This document shows positions 1 to 12,233 of a stretch of DNA of 64,000 nt, piece by piece (position 1 is the stretch's first letter; each line of letters begins with the position of its first letter). The notes under the pieces are model-generated. The model made no database searches. It had not been told where the DNA came from and saw only the letters and a program-made list of their open reading frames with translations. Origin of the DNA: Tubulanus polymorphus. Its lineage: Eukaryota > Animalia > Nemertea. Both the position numbers and the translations under genes were made by a program. The stretch lies in the NCBI RefSeq assembly GCF_964204645.1, contig NC_134032.1:7056275-7120274 (forward strand), in the 5' to 3' direction.

Positions 1-639
1 TTTATTTGATTTAAGTTTACTAGTTTTGGAAGTTATATTCTGTTCAGAAGTTGTTTCTGTTTCTAAATTATTATCGATTGTTTCAAATAATTCATTAATT
101 CTTTGTTTAAATACTCTTTCATTTTTAATAATTTCTTCTTGTGTTACATCTTCTGGTTCATTACTATTTCTTATTCTTTTAATTCTAGATAGGTCTAACT
201 TAAGCAAAGTTGATTCTGCTAATATTTTTTCTTGTTTTTTATAAGAGATATCAATATAATAATCATCTTTCAAACGATAATAATATTCACCATCTAAAAA
301 CTTTAATTCTTGTACTAAAAGTCTAGCGCCTCTGGTATTGATATTATATCCAGATTTTTCAAATATAGGTTTGAAATTATAAATATATTCATTATATTCT
401 AAATTTTGTTTTACTAAATCTGGATTTTCATATTCAACAGGTATTCTCGATCTAGTTCTTCTATCATATTCATCTGTTGATGGAACTTTAGAACCACTAT
501 CTGCTAAATTAGAATTATATGCTGATTCATCATCATTATCAATATTAGTTTCTGCATCATTATAATCATCATCAATATATCCTTCATTATTATTTCCCAT
601 TTCTCCCATTTCATAATCTTCTACACCTTCTACATCCAT
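1..639 (-). CDS. N-terminal part of coiled-coil membrane protein (homolog of 38295..39731), truncated by window edge
   Basis: Open frame from TAAATG at 639 (MDVEGVEDYEMG...PDLVKQNL...YYRLKDDYYIDI) aligns to the 478-aa ORF. Confidence 0.8.
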   Translation of the reverse strand, partial: MDVEGVEDYEMGEMGNNNEGYIDDDYNDAETNIDNDDESAYNSNLADSGSKVPSTDEYDRRTRSRIPVEYENPDLVKQNLEYNEYIYNFKPIFEKSGYNINTRGARLLVQELKFLDGEYYYRLKDDYYIDISYKKQEKILAESTLLKLDLSRIKRIRNSNEPEDVTQEEIIKNERVFKQRINELFETIDNNLETETTSEQNITSKTSKLKSNK

Positions 640-2044
640 TTACATAATAAAAAAATTTTAATTTAAAATATAATATTCCTCCGATTACAATTCCTATACA
701 AGTTATAGCTAATTTAGTATTTTCATGGGATTTATTATCATCATTTAGTTTAATTATATCATGTTGAATTTTATCAGTTCTATTATTTTCTGATGTATTG
801 TAATCTTTTATTTTGGAATCATTAACCAATTTAATATTCTTAGTTTTAGTTTCTGTTGATTGAATATGTTTTTTATTTTTTTCACCTTCCATTAATTTTG
901 GAGCAGTAATAATCTTTTTATTTATATCATTTAATCCAAATGAATTATTTATTGTTGCAGTTTTAATTAGATTATTATAACCAATTATGTTTCCCATCTT
1001 TAATACTTAATCATTAGAAATAATTAATAGATTAGGGCCTATACAATAATTTAGTCTTACATGAGATTTATCTAAATAGTTTTGATATCTTATAATGTTT
1101 TCTGGAATCGATCTATTTTTATCATTATGAATTGAATCTTCAAATAAAACTTTAAATTGTTTTTGTGTATCGAATGATGTATTCAAATTTCCAATTATCG
1201 GTGATCTTGTTTCAACTTGCGCACCTAAAATACATATCAAATAAGTTCTAATAGATTGATTTATTCTTTCTATACCTGATTTAGTAAAACCTTCACTATT
1301 TTCTAAAATAAAATAAACCCAACCATTATTGTTTTCTTGTTTTAAATTATCATAAAATTTCGGTAATTTATTGAAATTTAATGTTTCTAAATCCTTTGTT
1401 TCTATTTTACCATAACCTAATTTATTATTATAGATATTATAAAAACTATTAGATGGTATGGGAAGTGCACAATATTCTGCAATCTTTCTAGGGCAAGGAA
1501 GTGATCTTATTGTTCCAATTTTTGTTCTAAAATCAGAATTATTTATATCTATATTAAATTCATTACAAATCTTATAAAACTTTGATAAATTAATATTACT
1601 ATCTAATTCTTTGAAATACCTAGATCCTGGTAAAGCGCACTCTAATTCATTTAATATTATCCTTATTTGAAAGTATGTATGAAATCTAAATAAACTTTGA
1701 ATTAATTTATATTTAGAATTATTCAAATGATCATTCCAACTAATTCCACAACCTGTTGTTGCACAATAAACAGCAAAATTTAATTGATTCTGCCAATACT
1801 TCATATTAGATTTTAATAACCATTGTTTTTCATCTTTCAATTTTTTAAAATTAATTAAATATACATGAAATATATTTTCCATCTTTGCATTAAAATTATT
1901 AGTTTCAGTAACATAAATTTCTAAATTAGTTAATGAATCTAAAACTTCATTTCTATATGTAATATCTTTATTAAAATCTATTGCTGGAATATTATATTTA
2001 ATTGATTTATTATATTGGAAAGCTTTTGGAAAACTATCTACCAT
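611..2044 (-). pseudogene. Conserved Polinton protein with C-terminal TM helix, interrupted by nonsense codon at 1007-1009
   Basis: ORFs 1007..2044 and 611..997 are in frame; element B reads TTA where A has TAA. Confidence 0.8.
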
Positions 2045-2061
2045 TTATATAATTAAAAAAA

Positions 2062-2496
2062 TTAATAATTTATTAATTCTTTTAATAATTTATCTTGTTC
2101 TTCAACTGTTATATGACCATTTAAACTTATTATATAATCTAGTGTGTTCTTTAATTTATTAATTTCTTTTATATTAGATTTTATTTTTTCTTTATTACTT
2201 TTTATATTTAATTTTGAACTTATACCAGTTAAAACACTTGAACTTAATCCTAATACACCAATTGATATAGCTAAAGGTGTTAATGGGCTGAATATTGCTA
2301 AAAATGTTATTACAGAACTAATTGTAACCAAACCACTTATAATCAAATAATATATAATTTTACTTTTTAAATATTTTTTCTTTTTTATCTTTAAGTCACT
2401 TTCAAATTCTAATATTTGTTTTTCTAAATATGTTTTTAATTTAGTTTTATTTATATCATGAGGAATAATATCAATATTATCAACTTTATCTTCCAT
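2062..2496 (-). CDS. 144-aa two-TM coiled-coil protein
   Basis: Two hydrophobic segments; near-identical copy at 41205..41606. Confidence 0.75.
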   Translation of the reverse strand: MEDKVDNIDIIPHDINKTKLKTYLEKQILEFESDLKIKKKKYLKSKIIYYLIISGLVTISSVITFLAIFSPLTPLAISIGVLGLSSSVLTGISSKLNIKSNKEKIKSNIKEINKLKNTLDYIISLNGHITVEEQDKLLKELINY

Positions 2497-2515
2497 TTAT
2501 TTAGAATAAAAATTA

Positions 2516-2938
2516 CTAATTAGTAAATTTATATGCTACAAATATAACAATAACTGTGCCACCTAAAATCCATATTATTTCATATTTCTGTTGTTCTTTA
2601 CTTGGGGTATAATAATCTGATAATTTAGGTTTGTATAGATGTAATTTTTCTTTATTTGTTACTGCGTTATATAAACTCATTGCATCATCAACTGATTGAA
2701 AATCTCTATGTGAAATCTTCTGATCATATAATTCTTTATTGATGTAATCCATATAGTTTTGTCTCTTTTCTCTATATTCTTCTGCAGCTTTATTGTATTT
2801 CTCTAACGCTAAGTTATGTCTTCTTTGTTCTCCTAATGAACTATTTTTATCAATATGTTTAAATAAATAACCACCACCAGTAAATGCTAAAGCGTTAACA
2901 ATTGCCGATCCTATAATAGTTATAATTGCAGAAGCCAT
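2516..2938 (-). CDS. 140-aa putative virion membrane-active protein (PW/cupiennin-like)
   Basis: Hydrophobic Gly/Ala N-terminus followed by EQRRHN motif reminiscent of Polinton PW proteins; C-terminal TM; family call tentative. Confidence 0.55.
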   Translation of the reverse strand: MASAIITIIGSAIVNALAFTGGGYLFKHIDKNSSLGEQRRHNLALEKYNKAAEEYREKRQNYMDYINKELYDQKISHRDFQSVDDAMSLYNAVTNKEKLHLYKPKLSDYYTPSKEQQKYEIIWILGGTVIVIFVAYKFTN

Positions 2939-2962
2939 TTATTTAGCAAAAAAATTATGCAT

Positions 2963-3184
2963 TTATATAGGAGGAATATATTTTTGTTTTTCCAAATAAT
3001 CAATAGTTAAATTAGATAAAGTAACTGCTAATGTTAACTTTAAAATATCATTTATATCAAATCTATCAACATTAACACTTCCCATTTTGAATACTTTTTT
3101 TAATACCATTGAATAACCAACCGTTCCAACTGATAGTAATGCGCCATTATATAATCCAGTTATTATCCACTTATTATCACTCAT
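2963..3184 (-). CDS. 73-aa hydrophobic protein
   Basis: Identical protein at 42074..42295 despite synonymous nucleotide differences. Confidence 0.75.
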   Translation of the reverse strand: MSDNKWIITGLYNGALLSVGTVGYSMVLKKVFKMGSVNVDRFDINDILKLTLAVTLSNLTIDYLEKQKYIPPI

Positions 3185-3526
3185 TTATTTATCAAAAAAA
3201 TTACTATCTTCAAAATATTTAGTTAACTTATTTATGATTAATTCAACATTTATTTTATTACTAGTTTTATGATTATCATATATTTTGGATAATATGTTTT
3301 TGATATCTTCAATAATTCCATCTTCATTTAATTCATAATATTCTAAAGGTGATTTAATTAAATCAATTACTTTTTCTATATTATACTTTTCTTTATCAAT
3401 CATTGATGCATTGTTAAATGATTTACTTTTTATATCAGAAATTACATCATTTAGTTTAATTCTCATTTCTTTACCATGTTTAAAATCAAACCCAAAACAT
3501 ATACTCGGTCCAACAGTTATATTCAT
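3185..3526 (-). CDS. 113-aa hypothetical protein
   Basis: Homolog at 42299..42643; TAAATG start. Confidence 0.7.
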   Translation of the reverse strand: MNITVGPSICFGFDFKHGKEMRIKLNDVISDIKSKSFNNASMIDKEKYNIEKVIDLIKSPLEYYELNEDGIIEDIKNILSKIYDNHKTSNKINVELIINKLTKYFEDSNFFDK

Positions 3527-3543
3527 TTATATAGTGAAAAAAA

Positions 3544-4305
3544 TTACTCTTTACATCTTATAACTAATTCATAAATTACAGGGAAATTATTTAAATCAAT
3601 TAAGTATCCATTATGATTTCTAATTTCTAATCTAAAATTATTAAAACTAGGAATGCATGGTTTGAAATCACATTCTGTTAAATTATAATTTATTTGCGTT
3701 CCAAATTCTTTAACATTCTTCAATGGTAAAATGTTTAGTAAACCAGAATTACAAGTTATATCTTTAGTTGCTTCGAATGTTTTTGTAGGATCGATCAAAT
3801 TGCAATAAATATAAAAATGTGTGTAAGGTATTAAGTTTGGTGTAGTAGCGTCAATATTTGTAAAAGATCTATCTGGAAGAATTCCTAACAGTTTAGCTAT
3901 AGGTTTTTTTACCATAAATTTATGTTTTTCACTATTAGACAACCTTATCTTTATTCTATCAGAACTCTCAATTTTTAAAAATCTAATACTAAACCCAGAA
4001 CTACTACCTAATTTATGCCAGGCTTTTCTATTAATTTCTTGTGCTAATGTATCTAAATTATATAACCCTGGTTTTAAATATATATAGACCCATTCATTTT
4101 CATTTTTATTAAAAACTAAAAAGACTCTATGTTCAATAGACTTATCCGATACATTGTAAAAAGAATTACATAAACTTATATTTACTAATTTTAAATCTAC
4201 ACAATTCTTGAATTCTCTATCTAATTGTACTAGTAAATTATGAGATTTATAATTTGTAAGTTTTCTAGAATCAACAAATATTCTATATTCTTTTAATTCC
4301 ACCAT
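3544..4305 (-). CDS. Minor capsid protein (penton, single jelly-roll)
   Basis: Size and motifs (IFVDSR, PGLY, YIYCNLID, RLEIRNHNGYLIDLNNFPVIYEL) typical of Polinton/PLV minor capsid proteins. Confidence 0.75.
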   Translation of the reverse strand: MVELKEYRIFVDSRKLTNYKSHNLLVQLDREFKNCVDLKLVNISLCNSFYNVSDKSIEHRVFLVFNKNENEWVYIYLKPGLYNLDTLAQEINRKAWHKLGSSSGFSIRFLKIESSDRIKIRLSNSEKHKFMVKKPIAKLLGILPDRSFTNIDATTPNLIPYTHFYIYCNLIDPTKTFEATKDITCNSGLLNILPLKNVKEFGTQINYNLTECDFKPCIPSFNNFRLEIRNHNGYLIDLNNFPVIYELVIRCKE

Positions 4306-4320
4306 TTATTTTACATATTT

Positions 4321-4662
4321 TCATTCAAAATCAATATCGTGCTGCCCTTTTTCATTCTTACCTTTGTATACGAAATAGAAATCTCCAGAACATAATTCTT
4401 CTAGATCTTCACTTGATAATCTATGAAATCTATCTGGTAAATAAGTTCTGAATTTATATGTATTTCCTTTTAATCCTTCATATGCTAAGTGTATAACTAA
4501 TTTATCTCCATATTTATTAGTAATTGTTTCAATGTTAGTAATTAAATATTTCTTGTGAATTGTTAACTCAGTTAGTTTTTTAAATTTATAATCTACAGAT
4601 TTGACGCTTGAAGTATCTTTAATTCTATCTAAGAATTCACTGTGTACTTGTTTACTCTCCAT
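4321..4662 (-). CDS. 113-aa putative SSB/OB-fold-like protein, homolog of the 108-aa TIR gene
   Basis: Shares KYG(D/E)K, F.(T/V)(Y/F)LPD(R/K) and Y.GKNE.G.HD with the 108-aa ORFs; SSB function is inference. Confidence 0.6.
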   Translation of the reverse strand: MESKQVHSEFLDRIKDTSSVKSVDYKFKKLTELTIHKKYLITNIETITNKYGDKLVIHLAYEGLKGNTYKFRTYLPDRFHRLSSEDLEELCSGDFYFVYKGKNEKGQHDIDFE

Positions 4663-4710
4663 TTATTATACAAATTTTTATTGAAATTGATTAACACGTT
4701 AGAATCCTTT

Positions 4711-7700
4711 TCATAATCTCATTTTCTTTTGTTTCTTCTCTTTTGAATTTATATATTCATCTAAATTGCAACCATAGGCGACTGTGTGGATTCCATCATC
4801 TAAAATATATCTTTTATCATCAAATGGGTTTAGACTTATCTTCTCTATCTCTTCAATATACATTTCATGATCTTCAGATCTTAAACATTTCATTTTATGT
4901 TTTCTAACTTCTTCATTAAATATACAATTGATGTAATCTTTAAAATGAATATTTTTTTCTACTACACTTTTGGTTATTCCTTTTAACTTTTTTAGCTTCA
5001 TGAGTTTTGGTTTTATATGAATACATTTTAGATCTAATACCAATGAACTCTATCATTTCTTCACCACCTAATTCATCCTTAAACTTCCCAGGAACTTTTT
5101 TATTATCATTGCTAAACAATTCATGATTTTTAGGATAATTACTAAAATCAAAATGGTGTTTTAATGTTTTTAAATCATCTGTTATGTTATCAGTTTTTAT
5201 CTTTAATATGTAACTGTCAGTATCAAAGTATAGAATTTCTATGTGTTTTTCTCCAAAATGAGGTTGTAGTATATTATAATAAAATTTATACATTAGGAAT
5301 TTTGAAATTTCTAGAACTGCAGCACCAACATAAATAAGTTTATTGAACTTCATTGAAGTTCTTTTCATTTTAACTGCTGCTAAATTTTCATCAAATATTC
5401 TGTTACCTATAAACTTAGGATATGATTGTAAATGCCTAATTCTTTTACCATTACTGACTAACTCGATATCATTTCTATTTCTAATATTTTCACAAGTCTT
5501 ACCATAGAATGCATTATTCATTAGTTTGAAGAAATCTTTTTCAAAATCAGTTTTAGATTTAGTTCTCTGTGTAGTATTAAAATCTATATATTTTTCTAAC
5601 CATTTAGATTGACTGAATGAAATATATCTATGTACTTTTTTTAATATCATTCCTTGATTCAAATAAAACTTCAACATTCTATAATGCACAACGTAATTAT
5701 ATTTATCTTCTTGAGTTACCATTAACTTTTCAGTATGAATATGATTATCAGGTTTAATTCTTTTTTGATAATTTGATAATTCTTCATGAGTTACAGTTTT
5801 ATGTTCGGGACAGTAAGCTAGATTTCTAGATTTGAATTTAATATTTTCAGGATATTCTAAATCTACAACGAAGAAGTAACCAATATCTGAATCATCTGCA
5901 ATATCTAGAATTCTTTTCTTCCAATCAAATTTATCAATTTGTAAAACTTCAGTTATTTCAAACATCCCATAAGGTTGTGGTTCCATCATTGCCCAACCAT
6001 AAAGATTATTTGCATCTATGTATAATAATTTATATCCAGGATTATCATTTACATTGAAATATCTATCACCCAATACACCTGAAACACCTCCTCTTATAGA
6101 TTTTTCAAATAATAGTAATTGATCTATATTTGTTAACAAATCCATTTTTATATCTGTAAATTTTAATCCACAATCCCATGTTAAACCTGGTGATGAATAA
6201 CAATGACAAGGATCAATGTTAAAATATTTTAGGTTTACATCTCTAAACCTTTCGAATATATCGGTTAATAATAATACATCTGATTTTAAATATAAATCTA
6301 CTAATTGCCCATGATTTGTTATTTTGAAATGATTCCAAATATTCAATGTTCTATTATAGACTTCATCTTTAACATATTCATTTTTTAATTCATCATAGAA
6401 TTGTTCTTTCAATAATTCAGTTATTTTAAAATCATTATGATTTTTATAGAAAGAATATGGAATAGCGCCTTTATATCTCATTAATTGAAAATCATCATTA
6501 TTTGGGTAATATTCTTTTAATATCTTTAATTCATCATCAACCAATGATTTTGATAGATTGTCTAATGAACTTCTTAAAAATCTATATGAATCTATAAATC
6601 TTAAGCATCCAAATTGGAAAGATATATAATTCTCAGATGTTTTAGCTAACATTCTAAATTTATAAGTTGGTATTTTATCTTTTGATCTATTTGAATTTAA
6701 TATTTCTATTTCATTATTGATTTCTTCTATTTTATGACATAACTGTTTGATGAATAAATGCGCGTCATACCCCGATAGATTATGAAATATAACTGGTACA
6801 AAGTTAATTTTCTTAGCTTGTAAGTTACAATTCTCATGTGCAGCGCCTCTAAACTTTCCATTCAAATGATCATGATCTCTTACTTTTTTATCTTTATAAT
6901 TAAATATCTTTTCACAATAATAACATTTATCTGCAAACTCAAATTCTTCTTTATCTTCTTCTGTCATAATTATTTCTTTATTTGTATTCAATAATTTACT
7001 AAATCTTATTTCATATTCAATTAATAAGTCACAAAAATGATTGATAACATTTTCATTTCTATAATTATAATATTCACTTTCGATTAGTTCTGGATAATTA
7101 GATTTAATATATAACCCGAAAGCTGCAGCTGATTGATGAATCTTTTTAATAGTATTTGTTATTGGTGGTTCATCTGAATAATCACTTTCATTAGAATTTA
7201 ATTTCTTTCTTTTATAATATATATCTTTTCTATCTTTATCTGTTAATTCTTTATTTAATGATTCAAAATCTCCATATATTACAAATGGTACTTTATTTTT
7301 GTAATCATATTTTTTGAATTCTAATATTTTATCTTTTTCATTTGGTAAAACTAATTTACAATAATCATGATTATCACATAGTTGTTTATGATTTAATAAT
7401 GCACCTTCAGTTCTGAATTTATGTAAACATTTTCTACATAGATATATTTTATTATCAAAATCATTTTCTGATTTAAAAAATAAATCGATTTGTTTAATCC
7501 ACATGTAATGATTCTCATAATATAGTATATCTATAACATCATTTTAATCATAATCTTTTGATAGGTATAAAGGTTCTAATGTATAATGTTTAATATTATT
7601 TCCTTTTGTATTTGGTAATTTGATTAAATCAAATACATTTATCTTTATATTATTATCTCTTTCTATTTTTGGGATGTTTTTAATTCTAACAGGATACTTA

Positions 7701-8722
7701 TCTATCTTATAATTATTTTCAAATGGTTTATAATGAGTTAATCTAAAACTATGTGTAATATCTTCTGTTGGATGTAAACAACTTATTATAGCCCATAGAA
7801 AACATTTATCATCTTCATTTTGTATATTTATTACACCATTAGTTTTAAATGGTAGTTTAATATAACTTGTTCCATTTATACTATCATCTTTATAATATGA
7901 TAAATTATTTTCATCAATTGGTTTTGATTTAGTTAACTTATTATATTTTGTGTTATAAACATGTAAAGTTATAAATATTATCTCATCAAATATTAAACCA
8001 GATCCTTCAAAATATTTCTCTTCTATTTTAGTTTTTATTTCATTATAACATTTATCTAATTTATCATCTATATGTTGTTTAGATATAATATGTTGTGAAT
8101 GAGAATTTATATTATATATTGGTTTATCTTCAGATTTTATAAACTTTACTTTAACTGATATACTAATTTTTGGATATTCTACGTTTGTAATTATTTTTAT
8201 TATTTCTTTCATATTTTCTAAATGTTTTTTATTTTCTTCTAATGTTTTACCTTTATGAAATTTAAACTCGATAGCTGCTGGACCAATATCACTTTTAAAT
8301 GCTTCGGTTATCTCTATATCTTTTTTATTATCTAATGAATTAATATAATTTCTTACATCTTCCATGTATGGTCTTTTATTGTTTAATTTATTTTTTATTC
8401 TTTTAATTGTCTTCTGTTTCTTATCGTTATCATTATCAAAATAATCTTCACCTAAAATATCATTATTCTTATTTCTAATATGACTTATAGATTTTAAATG
8501 TTCTTTATAATATCTTTTATCACTGAATGATTGATTACATGTATCACATTTGTATGTTTCTTTTTCATCCTTTAATTCTTCTAATTTATTTTCTAATATA
8601 TCATCTTTATACTCTAGTTTCAATTTATTCTCTAAATGTGTTCTAGTTTTATTGTGTCTTGCTTTTTGGGATTTATCTATATCGATATTACATGTTGGGC
8701 AGTAGTACTTATTTGCTTCCAT
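4711..8722 (-). pseudogene. polB: Protein-primed family B DNA polymerase, intein-free; nonsense at 7544-7546 and +1 frameshift near 4985
   Basis: Motifs YGDFES, FHNLSGYDAH, YIDANNLYGWAM, KLMNNAFYGKT, YFDTDSY, KMYSY; three ORFs join into one gene colinear with B pPolB. Confidence 0.95.
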
Positions 8723-8802
8723 TTTAATACTAAATTTTTTATTAAAATTGATTTTAGAAGTTCAATGATTTAAATGTTATTCATATATATGAATATTTTA
8801 AG

Positions 8803-9216
8803 AGTAATAGGGGTTTAGTTGTTTCATATCAAAGGTTTAATGATCGAGTTCATTAATAACATATATTAAAAGTAATTAAAAAACTATAATATATTTTCAT
8901 AACCGCGTGCATTTCAGTTGAATAATAGAATAATAGAATAATTATTATCATTTGAATATATTTGATTATTTGAATTTGTGTATTGTAATTAAATCAATTG
9001 GTCGCGGAGCGGAGCGGTAGCGAAGTGGAGCGACCAATTGATTTAATACAATATGCTTTTTATATTATTGATATCTTAGAATAAATATTTAGTTTTGATA
9101 TAAAATGCACGCGGTTATGAAAATATATTATAGTTTTTTAATTACTTTTAATATTTTGTTTTTTAATGGGCTCGACCTTTCGACCTTTGGTATGAAACAA
9201 CTAAACCCCTATTACT
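8803..9216. repeat. 414-bp imperfect palindrome at the end of element A
   Basis: AGTAATAGGGGTTTAGTTGTTTCATA at 8803 mirrors TATGAAACAACTAAACCCCTATTACT ending at 9216; internal arms also pair; GC-rich loop near 9001-9035. Confidence 0.85.
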
Positions 9217-9550
9217 CATATAGTCACCAGAGGGCGTTGAATAGTAGAAAAGCTTAGTTTTTCCTTATTAGATTGGTACCTAGGCATAGTTTGTTACCCT
9301 GATCCATTGCAAAGTTATAGTTCATGACATCGTCTATGATTGTGGTGAGTTTTTAAGGACATTAGTTATTCCATATAGTCACCAGGGGGCGTTGAATAGT
9401 AGAATGGCTTAGTATTTCCATATTAAATTGGTAACGAGGCATATTTTGTTATCACAATCAATTACAAAATCAAAGCTGCTCAAATGTTCTATGATTGTGG
9501 TGGGTTTCGAGGTCATTGGTTTTTGTATATGGTCACTAGAGGGCGTTATG
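9217..9550 (+). repeat. ~155-bp degenerate tandem repeat with CTCF-like core
   Basis: (C/T)ATAT(A/G)GTCAC(C/T)AG(A/G)GGGCGTT at 9217, 9372 and 9526. Confidence 0.7.
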
Positions 9551-9739
9551 TATTGAAATTGTTAGATTGTTGAGCATTTGAAACCACTTCCCAAGTGAGC
9601 ATGGTGTCCCTGGACCCCTAGTTTGGTTTTGTCGCCCGCGACAATTCATTATTTTGGTTTTGTCGCACGCAAAAATTCAATATTTTGTTTTTGTCGTCCG
9701 CAGTCAGATGCGAGTAAAATCCACACAAGATATACAGGG

Positions 9740-11105
9740 TTCTTGTAAGGCTGTTTTAATCAATTCTTATTTGTTTTGTGAAGCCTCAAGTTACTATGCA
9801 TGGTCAGATAATGGAAGCAGATTTCAAATCTAGATACAACATAAAAGGTAAGGCCCAGCTTTCCATTGAAGATGACACTCGGAAATATTTAGATGCAGTG
9901 AACGCTGATACAGAGAAGGTGTTTTTTAAAAATGTAGTGGCATTTTACCAAGCGGCGTGTGACTACATGGTGAAAAAAGTCAATCCTGCTAAGGAGCCTC
10001 TTTGGCTACATGCAAAGGTATGTAAATGCAGTATATCAGGGAGGAAATATTCTTTTATAATTGTTATTCAAAAAACCTTGCAGTCAGTATACATTGTATA
10101 AGGCATCATGACTGCAAAGTGATTAGATGGACTCTTTTCTTTCTTTCCAGGTGGCAGATCTGAAGCTCAGGGGTGAAGTTCAGTACTTTGACATGAAATA
10201 CTTCATTGACAGATTCCCCTGCATGCTTGAAGATGATAAGCGGGATTTACTGGAAATGGAGTTCTAAGACTACCAGACAGTCATGGATGCAGAATTGCCT
10301 AATGATTTCTTTGTGGCTTCTCCAGCCGGTGCTACAGAACGGCCTGCAGAAGAACAGTGGAAGATTATTTCTACAATGCAAGACTTCACTGGTTCAACGA
10401 GGTGGGTTTACTCGTAAAATTATTTCTGTGTTATTAGATTATAAGCCTACATGTTTTATGTAGGTGTACAGTAAAACTATAATCCATAAACAGTGGGTAG
10501 AGAAACTTTGTTGTATAGAATATAGATTTATCCACTAAATTATATTTTCTCTGCAGGTTTACTATCTTACCCAGGGTGATGCTTCAAGTGTTGTTGATAC
10601 CAGTTTCGAATGCGCAGTGCGAGAGAATTTTTAGTATCGTCAGGAAGAATCGAAATGACTTCAGAGCGTCATTAGGACAAAAGACATTGGAAAGTTTGCT
10701 CATCATGAAAGCTCAAGGCATTGATTGTCATGAGTATGATCCAAGCGTGAAATTATTAGAGAAAGCTAAGAAGGCTACAGCGGCAGCTTTATCGAAACGA
10801 TAATCGTGTTATGCTTATTAACAATTGTCCGTGAAAGTTGAACAATTTAGATGATAATTTTCAAAAGATGTATTTGCTAATCAATTTGCAGCGGTTTTGT
10901 CTCAGTTGTTTTTATTTGCCGGGAATCAATTATTACAGTATTAATTGTTCTGACAATCACAATTTGTTTTTTCGTTGATTAATAAAATGATTTATATAGT
11001 ATAACAGTGTTTTAGTATTTTATGCTTGTTACTGAAAAACTTCAAAAATTACTGATAATTTATGAAATTGTTCTGATTTAGTCAGACACAAGGTTGGCAG
11101 GTCTG
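9740..11105 (+). mobile_element. hAT DNA transposon remnant (3' part of spliced transposase plus right TIR)
   Basis: IPVSNAQCERIFS hAT dimerisation motif in 10576..10803; GT-AG introns near 10018-10150 and 10402-10556; TIR-like GGTTGGCAGGTCTG ending at 11105. Confidence 0.75.
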
Positions 11106-11308
11106 ATAATAGTATTTCCCATTCTGATGATGGTTTTTTTCTTGTATTCTTACTTGGTGTGCGAATTAAAAAATGTTATGGATGTAGGAAAGAAGTAATT
11201 GGGAAAGTAGGCTTTCAGGCCAGAGTACGAGAGTACTAGACACCACTCATCACCACAAGTAATTTTTTTTTCCTACTCATCACCACAAGTAATTTTTTTC
11301 CCTAATAA

Positions 11309-11635
11309 ATGGGAGATAGAAAAGCATTCTTAGCAACAATAAATAACAGAATAAAACCAGCAAAAAAACAATTTGAAATAAAAAAGTTAGTTGATGTTAC
11401 AAAAGAAATTGAACATAAAATATTGAAATTAGAAAAGATAAAAACTAAATATGGAGAGAAAGTATCAGCTAATTTAAGCTACTGTAATGTTAGTACATCG
11501 CGAGAATTTAAAGTGTTTTTACCCGATAAATGGGTTTCATTGAGTATGGAGGAATTGAAAGATTTAGTAGGATTTAAAATAATATATCATGGGAAAAATG
11601 AAGACGGTCATCATGATTTAGAAATTGTTGATTGA
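11309..11635 (+). CDS. 108-aa putative SSB-like protein (left TIR of C)
   Basis: Identical to 15260..15586; 2 aa differences from 33548..33874. Confidence 0.8.
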   Translation: MGDRKAFLATINNRIKPAKKQFEIKKLVDVTKEIEHKILKLEKIKTKYGEKVSANLSYCNVSTSREFKVFLPDKWVSLSMEELKDLVGFKIIYHGKNEDGHHDLEIVD

Positions 11636-11911
11636 AACTAACTTCAACTAGAATTTAACTAGAATTAACTAAAAATACACTAAATCAACTGTCTTGTTAA
11701 TCTTTTTAAATTTTTAGTCAATTCTAGTTAAATTCTAGTTGAAGTTAGTTGCAACTAACTTTAATTACAATTCAACTAAAATATAACTAAAATTTCATTA
11801 GATAAACAAAGTTGTCTATTTTAGTTTAATTTTAGTCGTAGTTCAATGTATTTCAATTTTACACAATAAATGAGATTTTTTTAAAATTCTTTACTTTAAT
11901 TTGTTATTTAA

Positions 11912-12193
11912 TCATTCCAATTTATGCCTAATTTTATGATTTCTAAATCCTTTTTCCGTCTTGTATTTTTTACTACAAATTTCGCATCTTTTAATATTTT
12001 TCATTCTATCTGAAATGTAATTGATATTATTTTTCAATTCAATATATTTTATTTTACAATCATCATAAAAATGAAACAATTGTTTCAAACTATAAACTGA
12101 AAATGAAAGTAACCCTGAAATCATCATAATTAATTTCATTTTCTCTTGATTTCTGTAAATAAGATTTAACAAATTTAATATATTTTCACTCAT
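11912..12193 (-). CDS. 93-aa protein with hydrophobic segment and C-terminal C2H2 finger
   Basis: CEICSKKYKTEKGFRNHKIRH; TAAATG start. Confidence 0.6.
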   Translation of the reverse strand: MSENILNLLNLIYRNQEKMKLIMMISGLLSFSVYSLKQLFHFYDDCKIKYIELKNNINYISDRMKNIKRCEICSKKYKTEKGFRNHKIRHKLE

Positions 12194-12233
12194 TTAATAA
12201 GAAAAAGATTTAATAGATTAATAGATTCACTAT

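Larger units (their letters stand above)
1..9216 (-). mobile_element. Polinton/Maverick element A (left part outside window)
   Basis: Same structural gene order as element B plus pPolB; ends in ...CCCCTATTACT (reverse complement AGTAATAG, like the AGTAAT termini of B and C); left end and TSD not visible. Confidence 0.85.
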
